Shown one piece after another: positions 37,868 to 50,728 of a stretch of DNA of 64,000 bases; the first letter of the stretch is position 1, and every line of letters begins with the position of its first letter. The DNA is from Lama glama. Lineage: Eukaryota. Where the stretch lies: NCBI GenBank assembly GCA_028534125.1, contig CM052817.1, positions 69,628,001 to 69,692,000 of the forward strand, written 5' to 3'. The notes under the pieces are model-generated. The model did no database searches and was not told where the DNA came from. It saw only the letters and a program-made list of their open reading frames with translations. The position numbers were made by a program, and so were the translations under genes.

Positions 37868-38899
37868 GTCTTTCTCCAGGACATGGTCTTTACTCCTAAA
37901 GCAAGTGTTTCTGGTGTCTTAGTTGAATGCCTAGGGTGCTAACAAGGTCTCTCCACTCTAGCTGGGCTGGAATGTCATCTTCCAACAAAGAATAACCTCT
38001 AGGATCTTCAATCCACTCTCAAACTTATCACAGCCACTCTCTACCAGACCTCAGAGTTTCGTGCTGCACAAATGCAGTCCAATGAACCCTGGGGAAGACC
38101 CTCACAGGAGTCTGCTGCCTTAGCCCTGTGTTGCCCTCCTCATCAGTAAGTAGTTTGCAAGTCTCAGTTGTTCCAGCAGTCTCCAATCCAATCTCTGCCT
38201 CCTTGGTTCAACAGGACCACTGTGTTTCACTTGGGTTCCCACTGTCTGTGCTGTGGTCAGGAAACTGTCCCTGGGCAGTGAACCAAGGTAGACACAGGTC
38301 CATGGCGATTCCCAGTTTTCACGGATCATATTCCTGCACTGCCTGTTTGCCAGTGCTTTTAAACAGGTGTTTCACATATTTAATTTTATAGTACTTTTCA
38401 GCAAGAGGGAAAGTCCAGTGCAGGAGGGCAAGCCCAGTACCAGTCACTCCATCATGACTAATAGCAGAAGTCTAGATGTATTCTGAAAGTAGAGGGAATA
38501 GCATTTTTGTGGGCAGACCAGACATGGGCTATGAGAGAAAAAGAGTCAATGATGATTCCAAGATTTCTTGAATCAACTGCGATCAACTGAGATGGGCAAG
38601 CAAAGGATAAAGCAGATTCGAAGGAGGTAAAATGAGATAGTTAACACTTCAGATATGTTAAACTTGAGCTATTGGTTAGCCATTCATAACGACTGTTATA
38701 TGGGTCTGTAGTTCAGAAAAGAGGTGTGAACTAGAGATACAGAGGAGAGGAGAATCAGACACTGTGCTGTAAGACAGTAAGAGATCTGATTATTTCCTTA
38801 AGAAGAGGAATGGATGGGCCAAAATCCATGCAATGTTAAGACTTTCAAGAAATTTTTTAATCACCTCCCAAAAAAGTTATACCAGTTGAAGAATGTGTG

Positions 38900-39720
38900 G
38901 ATTATTCGGCTCTTTTGTATGTCACTGAGTGTGAGAATGTAAAATGGTAAAACATTTTTGAAAATAATTTTGCATTACCATGAAAAGTCAGATATTTTCA
39001 TTTCATAGGACTCAGAAATTCTAATTCTAAGAGAAACTTTAGCACACATGCAGGAGACAGGCACCAAAAAATCACAGTAGTGCTGTTCATAACAGCAAAA
39101 AATAGTATACAATAAAAACATCAGAACACATGCAACAAAAAGGAAACATGAATGTCCCTCACCAATACCAGGAAACATTAGGTAAATTGTGGTATATTCT
39201 CATAATGAAACACTATGTTATATATGTGAAATGAATAAACTATAGCTACATAAACAACCCACACGGAAGAATCTTAGTAATGTAAGTGTACCCAAAACAA
39301 TGGAGACAAGTCCCAAAGACAACATAAAGTATTATACTCTTTTAATAAAGCTGGAAAACAAGTAAAACAAATCTTATATCATTTAAGCATACACGCTTGT
39401 GATAAAACTGTGTTTGCATGCTAAGATAAATAAAGAAATACAAATATCAAGACCGTGATTTCCTGGTTGGAGAGGAGAATGGCAGCAGAGGAATGGGAAG
39501 GATAGGAGAACCTGGGAGATTAAGATATATATTTCTCAGCTCAAGAGCAACTCACAATTGTTCATGCAGTGATTTTTTTTTTAAATAACACATAAAAACA
39601 ACCAAAACTGAAAAGAGTAATTCACGGATCAGTGATGCCAGTGCACCATATACCATATTGTGATTAATCTAATTCTGTGCATCTGAGGTCCACACAAGAT
39701 TGTTTTAGAAATCAGTATTA
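38900..39720 (+). mobile_element. Ancient L1M 3' region
   Basis: gagaatgtaaaatggtaaaacatttttgaaaa...ggtaaattgtggtatattctcataatgaaacacta. Confidence 0.65.
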
Positions 39721-39836
39721 ATTTATACTGCCACCATGTCTATGTTTCAAAGCAAAAGGTAGAAAACCATTATGGTTCACATTTTCCCCCCAAATTAAGT
39801 AGATACGGTATTTATCCATCATTTAAAATAAACCTA

Positions 39837-41835
39837 GGAAGAGGCAAGATGGCTGAGTAGAAGGACGCTCGTAAGTCACCCTCTCCCACAAATACACCAA
39901 GACCCACATCTACAGACCCACTCAGCCAACCAGAGCACCTGCAGAGCTCCAACAGATCATCGCCCTCTTCAAAAGATAAAGACGCCAAAAATCTGGTAGG
40001 AGAAAAGGAAAAAAGAAAGAACAAAAGGCAAAGCAGCGCAGGACGGGTCCCGCGGGGTGGGAGTGCCAAAGGAGGACTGGCGCTCGTTCGCTGGGTCTCC
40101 CCTCTCCAACTGAGAGGCCAGCGGGACGGAGGGGGAGCCTCCGAGGCTCGGATCTATACAGAGCAGCCCTTGTCTGACAGAAGTAAGTTAAACGGGCACA
40201 GAGCGTTCCCCCGACACCCAGCCTGAGACACGGGCCGGTGCGGCGGGCAGGGCCAGGCTGCACAAGCTGGGCGGAGGATGGGGGCGGCTGCACAGAGGCA
40301 GCCCCGGGGGACTGCAAGGGGCTGGGCGCCATGGCTGTGAGTGTACAGGACAGAACAACCTGGGCCCTCCATAAAACAGCAAGGTTGATGTGCTCTCGGG
40401 GGAAGGGTGCATACCCCATCTCTGAAAACCCGCGGAAACTTTTCAGGGGAAGAGAGGCGGGGCCCAGACACAGCCGCCATATTCTCCGGTGCTTAGCACC
40501 CAGGCGGGGGGCAGGGGCGAAACCTGCATCCCCACCGAAGGGCTTAGCAGCCTCAAGGGCCAGACTGAGACGGGCCTACAGCACGGGGCAGATAGGATCC
40601 TGCCATCCTGGTCCCTCAGAGAACTTGCTCCACAAAGACAAACAAGGAGCTGGGTCTTGGCTCGGAGCAGGGACGAGGCTGCCCCTCGGTCTTCCCCGAG
40701 CCCACCCGCGGAGCGCCGACCAGGGCGGAGCGCGCAGCCGCACAGAGCAGCGGAGCTACCGGCGGTGCAGGCAGAGGGAGAGCGGCCCCCCGCCTGTCGG
40801 GCAGGAACACAGCCCCTGACCAGAGGTGCTGGGAGGGGGCACGACCCGCCCTCCTGCCTGGCCAGTCTGCAACATCTGACTGCGGCATCAGGAGGGGCAG
40901 TGACCCACCCGCCCGCAGCAGAGGAGAGCTGCATCTGACCCCCTGTTAGGAGGAGGCGCGATCCGCTTGCCGACAGGTGCTGGGAGCAGCACAGAAGAGG
41001 GCGCCAACGGAGGGCCTATGAAAACAAGCTGAGCTTCCAAAACAGGACGAAGACAGGAAGACTTCACATTAAAAGCACACNNNNNNNNNNNNNNNNNNNN
41101 NNNNNNNNNNNNNNNNNNNNNNNNNNNNNNNNNNNNNNNNNNNNNNNNNNNNNNNNNNNNNNNNNNNNNNNNNNNNNNNNNNNNNNNNNNNNNNNNNNNN
41201 NNNNNNNNNNNNNNNNNNNNNNNNNNNNNNNNNNNNNNNNNNNNNNNNNNNNNNNNNNNNNNNNNNNNNNNNNNNNNNNNNNNNNNNNNNNNNNNNNNNN
41301 NNNNNNNNNNNNNNNNNNNNNNNNNNNNNNNNNNNNNNNNNNNNNNNNNNNNNNNNNNNNNNNNNNNNNNNNNNNNNNNNNNNNNNNNNNNNNNNNNNNN
41401 NNNNNNNNNNNNNNNNNNNNNNNNNNNNNNNNNNNNNNNNNNNNNNNNNNNNNNNNNNNNNNNNNNNNNNNNNNNNNNNNNNNNNNNNNNNNNNNNNNNN
41501 NNNNNNNNNNNNNNNNNNNNNNNNNNNNNNNNNNNNNNNNNNNNNNNNNNNNNNNNNNNNNNNNNNNNNNNNNNNNNNNNTTACGGGGGGGGGGGGGTAG
41601 AGGGTGGGAAGGGATAGACTGGGACTTCAAAATTGTAGAATAGATAAACAAGATTACACTATATAGCACAGGGAAATATACACAAAATGTTATGATAAAT
41701 CACAGAGAAAAAAATGTGACAATGAGTGTGTATATGTCCATGAATGACTGAAAAATTGTGCTGAACACTGGAATTTGACACAACATTGTAAAATGATTAT
41801 AAATCAATAAAAAAATTAAAAAAATAAAATAAAAT
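39837..41835 (+). mobile_element. Young, probably full-length LINE-1: 5'UTR and 3'UTR present, ORF1/ORF2 body collapsed into a 500-N gap
   Basis: Starts ggaagaggcaagatggctgagtag (YY1-like caagatggc at 39845-39853) with a CpG-rich 5'UTR to 41080. After the gap come a G-rich 3'UTR, AATAAA at 41806-41811 and an A-rich tail. Perfect 12-bp TSD aaaataaaccta at 39825-39836 and 41836-41847, at a TTT/AAAA endonuclease site. Confidence 0.9.
41081..41580. other. Assembly gap (500 N)
   Basis: Run of N. Confidence 1.
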
Positions 41836-42663
41836 AAAATAAACCTAAAAAAAAAAACACATTTCTTAAAATGTAGCTCGAAGTTTACCTAATCTGGTTC
41901 ATAGAGTTCCTACTTCACACTGCTTAAATGTGTTTCAAAGTATGTGGACCAGAAGATTTTATACTCATTATGCAAGATGGATGAAAAATTAAAGGATAGC
42001 TAAATGGCATAAATGCTCACAAGATCTAATATTTGCACAACACTCTGGACATATTTTTTAAATTTCACTTAATATGTTTTATTCTTCCTTCCCTTTTATA
42101 TTTTATTGGGCTTACTAAACTATGAAAATACTACTTCAGAAGGACACACTTCTGCAAGTTACAATTTCTTGATTAAGGAAACCTGTTCATTGTCTAAAAG
42201 AGACAACATGCTCCCTAAAAGATGACTATCAAAAACAAACAAACAACAAGTGTAAGAAAAATCTGAGGGGGGAAAAGACTTACAGATTGTATTATAATTC
42301 TAAGCATTAATACAGTATATATTTGCTGATCTTCACTCATTTATATAACTTAATAAGCCAAAGTAAAGAATTAAAAGGAAAAATGTCTTCACTAAAATTA
42401 TTCATTTTTGTCACTAGACAAAAGCCAAGATGTTCATTTAGTACCTGAAATCAGTGACTTCTTTAGTCTCAAGTTGCATTTTAAAGTAGATTGAAGGAGA
42501 TAGGTAGAGAATAGAACTATTTTCCTATACATACTTCCAACCTCCTACAAACTGTTTTTATGATAAAGTTAGTCAGATGAAAAGAAATGAAGAAGAGAAT
42601 AAAAAGTGATCTGTGGGTTATCATGTTTTTGAATAATCAAAACCACTAACATAAATTTATACA

Positions 42664-42757
42664 CTGGGAATAACTCAACCCAATGAAAGAAAAATCTATA
42701 TAAAAAAATTATAAATGCTGGGAGTAACTCAACCCCACTGAAAGAAAAATCTATATA
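42664..42757. repeat. Imperfect tandem duplication, ~54-bp period
   Basis: ctgggaataactcaacccaatgaaagaaaaatctatata vs ctgggagtaactcaaccccactgaaagaaaaatctatata. Confidence 0.85.
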
Positions 42758-43189
42758 TCATGAAACTAAAAATTTACATAATAAGTATTAATTATAAAAT
42801 AAAACTGTAAAACACTCTTACCACCCAAAATAGTATAATTGTTGCATTTTTTGGAAACTGTGGTGTGTCTAGGACTTAAACACATAAGATCACAGAGAAA
42901 GAACCTGGCTCAACAAATACATTTCTCCGTATATCATGTCAACTAAAGAACTTTCATGGGTTCCAGAGATTCAAAGTCAGTGATAAACCAGACATTCAGG
43001 TATGCACTGATCACATGATTAAATATTATACCACCTTACTCTCCTTATGTGAATGAAAACTGGTATAAAATTTCTGAAAGGCCTGGTGATTAACATGTCA
43101 AAAACCCAAGCAATTCCAATTCCAGGACTTATCTTGAGAGAAGCATACAAAGATGTTCACTTCAGAATTCATCACAGAGTTGTTGATAT

Positions 43190-43521
43190 CAGACAGAGAG
43201 AAAGATAAATACCAAATGATATCACTTATATGTGGAATCTAAAATATAATACAAATGAATTTATTTACAAACAGAAACAGACTCACAGACACAGAAAAGA
43301 AACTTACAGTTACCAAAGGGGAAAAAGGGGGAGGGATAAATGAGGAATATGGGATTAACAGATGTACATTACTATATATAAAATAGATAAATAAGGATTT
43401 ACTGTATAGTACAGGGAACTGTATTTACTATCTTGTAATAATCTATGATGGAAAAGAATCTGAAATTGTACACCTGAAACTAACACAATATTGTAAATCA
43501 ACTATAGTAAAATAAAATAAA
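43190..43521 (+). mobile_element. 5'-truncated artiodactyl-type L1 3'UTR
   Basis: aaataccaaatgatatcacttatatgtggaatctaaaa...actgtatagtacagggaact...tgtacacctgaaactaacacaatattgtaaatcaactata plus an A-rich tail. Confidence 0.88.
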
Positions 43522-45494
43522 ATGGATGGCAGAATAATGACTACTCAGAATCAATAACTGTCATGGAAATAAATCAATATTTGTTTCAAAACTTCCTCCA
43601 AGTGTCTTTTTGCAGCTAATGTTTACTTGTACCTTAACTTCCACAACGTGAATAATACAAGTAAGAATTAAGTTTTCCTACCCAACAGTGCTAAGAGGGG
43701 AGTAGTTCATTCAAATTATAATCAACTCTTAAAGAAATGAGATTTATCTATATTTGCAAATCCTATAATGGCTTCTCCTCGCCATCTATCATAGATTAAG
43801 ATATTGTGTGACTAACAAACCAAAAATCATTAATATATAGGAACCTGAATTACCCATCTCCATATACATAGTATTTACAATGCAAATTCTTTAGAATTAG
43901 AATTGTTCTTGATTCACCTCAATATGGCATATTGTCTAGAAGAATGTCTCTTCCCCATTTTATAAACGTAAGTCTCACTTGCTCCCTGACTCCATTAGAA
44001 AAATACTATCTATCATCTACCTTCCTACTCTCAAACCTAGCAAAGATTTTGGTAAATTTTATTTTCAGCAGTTTGAGAGAAAAATAAACTACTTATTTTT
44101 CAAATTTAAAATTAATTATAAAATTATAAAACTGAACTACACCACTTACAGGTAACACCACTAGTACTACTCCATCTTCTCCCCAACCCACAACTGAGAA
44201 ATTCCACTGTCCCAGAAGTCTGGCAGATTAAGCATGTAATATTTTCAATTTTTCTTAAAGATACTAAAGATAACAATTAGGACAGTTATTTAAGTCCCCA
44301 CTCAAAGACCTATTTCTTTATACATTACACATCAAAATTTTCTTTAAGTGTAATGAATTTTATTAGAGTCAACATTCCATAAAGCCAAATTCATACACTC
44401 CACTGGTTTATGAAAGAACTTCAGGAACAGGGACTTTTTTTTTTAAATGTGCAAATTTCCTTTTCCAAATTGTGAAAAAAAAAGTCCTTGTTTAAATGTT
44501 ACAAAAATTCTTTAAAAGTCAAATCTATTATCTATTTCTATCGGGTAAAAAAAATTTGTATCTTCGTTCATCTCACGTATTCCACGTTAAAATACTCCCA
44601 CACCTTGGTTGTACATTATCACATCACTCTAGTATTAACCTATTTTCTTGAAATTCTCAAATCTTAATGGTCTGCCTCTTGATTTCTCAATGGTATGAAT
44701 TATTTTAAACTCTTCAAGGTGACTAGAAGAATCTAGAGAGGCAATTGAAAGACAAGGTTCATCCTTCCCCTCAGGCAGGTTCTGGTTACTTATGACCTTC
44801 AATCTTCTTCGTACAACTAGTATTCTAAATGTTTCTACCAATTTCTGTACTGTGTACAGGCACTGAACAGTATCCACTCGTCATGAGAGTCATATTTCTG
44901 ACCTACAATGCAAAAACTAGGAAATCTACTTGGATACTCCACTCTTCAGCTTGTAGAAAAGAATTAAGACACACTTATAATTACTCTCATCACACAATTC
45001 TAAGAGTTGAAAGGGAGTTTAGATTGTGGAACCCAAATCCTTCATTCTGTACATCAGGAATCTGAGGCCTGATACACAAATTACAGACTTCCCCAAAGAT
45101 TTCCTTTGTCTTCAACAATAAACCTCAGTTGTCTCAGGGTTCAGAATACCATACACCTCAAAAGTAAAAGAAGTATTTGTTCAGAACTATCAGCAACCAA
45201 ACTAATTTTATTCCTGTAAACTACCTTGCCCTGGTTGAGGCCAGGCCCCCGGCAGGCAGGAAGACGGACATGGAACAGAGAGTAAATCCAATATCTTCCT
45301 CCCTCTTCCTGCCTCCCAAGCCCAGGAGTCCCAAATTCACTACTGATAAAAGCCAGAAGTCCTTGATTTTCTTCTGCCTCTCTACCTCCTCACTGATTAT
45401 TATTTAAAGGAATCAAAGGAAGACAATCATGGTGGTATGTCATCAGAAAACATTACATGGGATCCTTCACAGGGGTAAGAGAAAAAAAAAACAG

Positions 45495-45712
45495 GTACCA
45501 GCTACTGAGTTTTCTAATGTAGTAGTCACTGTACAAAGTGTTTTATAAATACCTCATTTGATGTTTATAGCAAATCAATAGGATAGTTAATATTTGTTTT
45601 ACAAACAAGAAAACTTTCAATAACACATTCAAAGCCACAAAATGAACAACTAAGAGATGGAGTATTTGAACCTGGGTCTCTCTGACCCCAAAGGCCCTGC
45701 ATACCTATTCTC
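45495..45712 (-). mobile_element. MIR SINE, antisense
   Basis: acctcatttgatgtttatagcaa...gtatttgaacctgggtctctctgaccccaaaggcc. Confidence 0.6.
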
Positions 45713-46151
45713 ACTGAGCTACTTACACTGTGTCACACATTACACGATGACACATCAGAGCAGGAGAGAAAATACAACTTAGTACTATGTTTAGGGAAGA
45801 AACAGCACAGATTACAACTGCAGGAAAACGTGAAAAGCCAGAGTAGAAGACAATATATGAACTTGCTGCTGCTTGAGTAAGAAACAAACAAAAACAGATT
45901 CTGAGCGAAACATCTATAGAAAAATCAGGAGAAAAACAGGGTATTTCCCTCTCTCCCATAAAAAGCATTAAAACACCTATAACATCTAATGTTTCTGAAT
46001 TAAATAATTTCAGTTCTCAAAGACATATAAGCTAAAAGCACATAGAATAGACTACAAGAATCCCCAAAATTATTTTTAAAATAAACCAACAGGATCTAAA
46101 TATTTTTGTGGTAAAAATCCATCATTGCTTACCCAAATATCTGAAGTTCAA

Positions 46152-46275
46152 TTTTTTTTCCAGCTTTATTGATATATAATTGACATATAATATTATGGAA
46201 GTTTAAAGTATACAACATGATGATATACGTACATACTGCCAAATGGTTACCAGAATAAGATTAGTTAACGTGTAC
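46152..46275 (-). mobile_element. Short antisense L1MA-type 3' end
   Basis: ttttttttccagctttattgatatataattgacatataa...tttaaagtatacaacatgatgat. Imperfect flanking repeat atctgaagttcaa / atctgaaatccaa. Confidence 0.7.
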
Positions 46276-47934
46276 ATCTGAAATCCAAAAACCCAGTTTT
46301 TAGCTAAAACTTAGTAAAACCTGATCAGAACTGACTTGAACTTATTTATGGCCTTTGCTGATCCCACTTAAAGTGAAAAATTATTCACTCTGCTACTGAA
46401 ACATTAATGTGCTTTATGTCCCAGACCCACCAGGAGAATTAAGTAATACATGACCCCAAGGATTTTGGATAGGAGACTGTGAACTTGTGCTGCACTACTG
46501 CAGAAACATCAGCAAAATAAATGAACAGAAGACAAAATTATCAAAGACCTCAAAGAGGGCCAAAAGTTACAATTAAAACTTGGGAGTTTATTGCTCCTAT
46601 AATTAGGTTCAGAATCTAAGAAGTGGTGTCCCTCTAGGTTGTTATAGCTCTTGGAAGTGTTTCTGGGGAGGAACAGGGTTTATATCCTAACAGACATGCA
46701 ATTTACTGTTCAGATACTAGTGTAAAGCATGGACTAATGAAAGAAACATACCAGCATCATATGGCAACATATTTCTACTGTCCCTGTCTAAGGACATCTG
46801 CTCACTTACACAGAATCTGCTGCTATTAAGGAGTCATTTACCAACTGCATGGGAAACTTATATGGCAAACAAAAATCCCAGCTTCCAACAACACATTTCC
46901 TCCAAAATTCAACTGGTAACGTTCATTCAAATGTCTTAAGCCCAAGACAGAGCTTATTATTTGTACATAATAACCACATTCCAAGATACATCTTGCTTTC
47001 AGCACTGTCATGTAACAGGTCTTAAAAGCATTTTTCGGTCCTTTCCAGAAATGGATTTAGTGTTTAAGTGAGATGGGGTAATTTTCTACATAGTCGATTA
47101 ATGCCTCATAAAAATAAAAAAGTACACATATGACACATTTTCAGCATTAGAAAAGTAACTCTCCCACCACATGCTGCTCTGCTTCCTACCTACCCAATTC
47201 CTAAAATGGAATTTAGGGATCAAGCCATTAAATCTTAACAGACTGGAAAATCAGGGACATCCTGTTGATAACCAAGTAGGCTAACAGCTGCTCATTGTTC
47301 TGAGAAAAATTTGTGCTGGGGAAACAAATCTGGTACCAATGCCTTCTAACTGACCTACAGAAAATGATGAAAGGAAGAGTCATTGTTTTTATTTTATTAT
47401 TACTAGTTGGCAAATAAGCATTACTGGCAGACTTTTTCCTGATGTCACTGGAAAAGCTACAAAAATGAGTGGGGTTTTTGTTTTTTTTCCTAACTATAAA
47501 AAAATTCTTCACTTGAGGCTTTGAATAAGCCAAGTAAGTCAAACACACAAGTGAGGCACTTGAGAAAAATAAATGGATCATTTTCAAAAGCCACTCAATC
47601 TAACTGTTTAAATCCTGCCAGGTCATAAACATTAAAATATTTAATGGTTTAAAATATGAAGATGTTTATCAGAATTTCTAAAGTCTGTCCTACAAAAGTT
47701 CCAAAGTTAAAAACTGCCATTTGCCCAGACACCAAATGCGGTGCTTCCTGACAAGAGCCCCACCTCTCAGTATGTAACTGACACTCCAGACAGACATCTA
47801 CAGGCAGAAGCTACTTCAGTGTGCCTTTATGCCCTTCTGGGACACCTAGGAGCTCTGTGTAGGCATAGGGGACACTTCACTTCTTTGTCTTCCCACCAAC
47901 TGCCAAAGCCCCTGACAGGCTTCCAGGCACCAAG

Positions 47935-48655
47935 GAGCCTGGTGAAAAGAACACACAGGCCTCGGAGTCAGACAGGCCTCAGTTTCAGTCCCAGCACTGT
48001 GACTTGCTGGTTGTAAGATCCCAGCACTATGACTTGCTGCTTGACCCAACTCTGCCTAGGTTCCTCCAAGGCCCCCAGGCCTCAGCCTTCCATCTCCATG
48101 CTTGCAGGGCCTGTATCACCCAGCTGTAGCAAGAACCTTGCCGAGACAATCTAAACCACCCTGCCTCCATCCTCGATGTCTAATCAAATTCTTCATCCCC
48201 CACCATCCCCCAAGTGACATCTGATCAGGCTGCCCTGCCTTCAGCAAGGATCCTGCTAGGTCTGTTTAATCAGAACCATCCTTTGCCCGTTGCTCCTGAT
48301 GTTTCCTCTTAGTAGTTTTCCATCCACTGACTCCCACTCTGCTCCTTGGCTATAAATCTTCACTCGACCATGATGTATTCAACTGAGCCCAGTTCTCTGC
48401 CGAGGGCACTTTTCCCCTATTGCAATAGTTCCTGAATAAAAATCTGTTTTTACTGCTTTGACTACTATCCAGCTCTGGTTTTCTCTGACAGCCCACAGTT
48501 AAGTTACTTGGCTTCTCTGAGCTTCAGAAACCTCATCTGCAAAATGAAAATAAAACCAACCTCACTGAGCTGTTGTGGGAGGAGGTTATATAATGTGTGC
48601 AAAGAATTCACTCAGTGTGACAGACATGTACACAGGCATTCAGAAAACAGCTATT
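47935..48655 (+). mobile_element. MIR SINE split by an LTR insertion
   Basis: 5' part ggtgaaaagaacacacaggcctcggagtcagacagg; 3' part aagttacttggcttctctgagcttcagaaacctcatctgcaaaatg. Confidence 0.7.
48040..48490 (+). mobile_element. MER31-like ERV1 LTR (5' terminus lost)
   Basis: tagcaagaaccttgcc, cttcagcaaggatcctgctagg, TATAAA at 48351-48356, AATAAA at 48435-48440; ends ctctgaca. Confidence 0.78.
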
Positions 48656-49274
48656 TTCACTTGTCTTTGTACTATTTATTTTCATATTCTTTACTTTAGC
48701 TTTACGTATTACCAGACACCCAAGGACACTGCAGATCAGACACAGAGTTTGTTAGGAAGGAGGTCATCCCAGGCTCTCTGCCACCATCAGAATTCTGGGA
48801 CTTCAAAAAGAGTGACAGGCAGCCTGGACACAGAGGGACAGAACCCTCGGGATGTTAAGAACCCGCAGCAACGTAGTTTGTCACTGTTTTTTAAGACAGT
48901 TGATATTAATTACCACGCATTGTCACAAACCAGGCCATGTAAGTGATTCACATTTATCCTATTCACTCCTCAGAGCAACGGCAAAAACACAGGCAGACAG
49001 TATCACCACCATGAGGCAGGTACCATAAGAATACAAAGACAGGAATACAGATTAAACAGAGAAGATCCCAACCCACAACAGCAGGCTGTGATAAACAAAA
49101 TAAAAGTTTGAAAGGCACTGGACTAGAGATTCCACTGCTAATGAATGTCAGTCAAGGCCATCCTAATTCTCTGTTCTGGAACTCCTACAAGACAATGTAA
49201 GAATTTATTTCCAGTCTGTTTTCAAAAAATCTGTAGTCACGTATTTTAATATTATATAATAAGACAAAAAAAAT

Positions 49275-49505
49275 TCCATGGCAGTTAGAGCACATGGCTC
49301 TGGCGCCAGACTACGTCCACACCACTATCTGATCTTGACTGGGATATCCCCTCCACCTCAGTGTTCTCTTCTGTGAATTGAGGATAACAGTTCCTACCCT
49401 TCTAGTGTCGTTCTAGGGATCAAGTTAGCTCATCCATGTAAAGCACCTGGAACGCTGCCCTGCAAATACAGTAAGAGCTCAATAAAAATGGGCTATTCTT
49501 ATATT
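49275..49505 (+). mobile_element. MIR SINE
   Basis: gttagagcacatggctctggcgccagact...cctcagtgttctcttctgtgaa...atgtaaagcacctggaacgctgcc...agctcaataaa. Confidence 0.75.
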
Positions 49506-49694
49506 GTCAATCACTGTGTGTAAGTGCAACTCATTTACTGCTTCTGCATCTCCTCTTCAGTGAAATTTCAATAAAAAAAAATTTGAGGTTGGTTAAGAAA
49601 TAGTAAAAGTATTACAGAATGCTTGGCCACATGGTCAGGGCTAGGGGACCAAAATGGCCAAGGTGAAAAAGGTACTCAAGCACAGACGAAGAAA

Positions 49695-50728
49695 TGCACT
49701 GCTGATGAGACTGTAAAATGTACACCCACACTGGAAAACTGACTGGCAGCATCTACCAAAGCTGAACAAAGCCATGCCCCTAGAATACCTAGAACAGAAT
49801 TCCTAGGGACATCACCAACAGAAATGCCCACGAAAAGTCAGGCTCCAAAATCTTCGTATCAGCACTATTCTTAACAGCAAAAAACAAGCATGCCCAAACG
49901 CCCATCAATAGTACTGGACGCAGTCACACAACAGGACATTTGACAGTACTGAGAGTAACCAACCTACAAGTAACTGCACGCAACAGTAAGGGTGAGTTGC
50001 ACCAACATAATGTGAAGTGAAAGAAGCCAGACGCAAAAGAGCATACACTGTACAACTTCAGTTATTAGACGCATTAGGACAGTCTGGATTGGATTCCGTG
50101 ATGCAACGCCCAGGTCCCCCAGGAAGGAAGGATTACTCCCCCAGCGTCAGCAGTGCTGCCAGCACACACCCCACAGCTGTCGGCCCTCTTTAGAAACTGC
50201 TTCTGTGGAAAAAGGCAGCAGCGCCCAAAGGCAAGCCCCCTTCCCTGGGCAGCCAGTCACTGGTCAACACAGAGGTACAAATGTCCATTTCTTGTGCAAC
50301 TAGGAACATCTCTGGAGGGCCTTTCCAGAACCGCACATGGGGTCAACTGAGGCCTCCACTAAGACTAAACTGCCGCTCCACTTCTCCCCTTGCCCAACCC
50401 TGCTCCCTCTCTTCTCTTTCACAAGCGCCGATCCCAAGAGCAATCCCTAATACATTTCCCGAACGCTCATCTCCCTCTTGAGAGTCCACTTCCCAGCATA
50501 TCCAACCTTCAACACAAGCAAATTGGATCTATGATGCGAGAAGTGAGGACAGCGATGATGATGGTGGGGAGGGCAGGAAGGAGGCCAGCTAGGGTGCTGG
50601 TAATATAGCCTTGTCATCTCTTTATCTGGTTGTCTGACTGTGCTCAAACAGGGGAAATTCATTTAATTGTACACCTGTGAAATGTGCACTCTTTCCTATG
50701 TATACTTCAATATGAAGTTAAAAAAAAG
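49695..50728 (+). mobile_element. L1ME-type 3' end interrupted by an LTR16-like element
   Basis: tgtaaaatgtacacccacactggaaaactgactggcagcatctaccaaagctgaaca...gaaagaagccagacgcaaaagagcatacactgta|LTR|...tgtgcactctttcctatgtatacttcaatatgaagttaaaa. Confidence 0.7.
50075..50514 (+). mobile_element. LTR16-type (ERVL) solo LTR
   Basis: cccccttccctgggcagcc...ggggtcaactgaggcctcc...gatcccaagagcaatccctaatacatttcc...cttgagagtccacttcccag...aaccttcaaca. Confidence 0.7.

Noticed and set aside
40238..40938. Cluster of long overlapping ORFs (193, 163, 149 aa) and an apparent CpG-island gene promoter
   Set aside because: This is the GC-rich 5'UTR of the TSD-flanked L1. Stop codons are rare for compositional reasons.
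41064..41669. ORF spanning the first N run
   Set aside because: Artefact of translating N bases.
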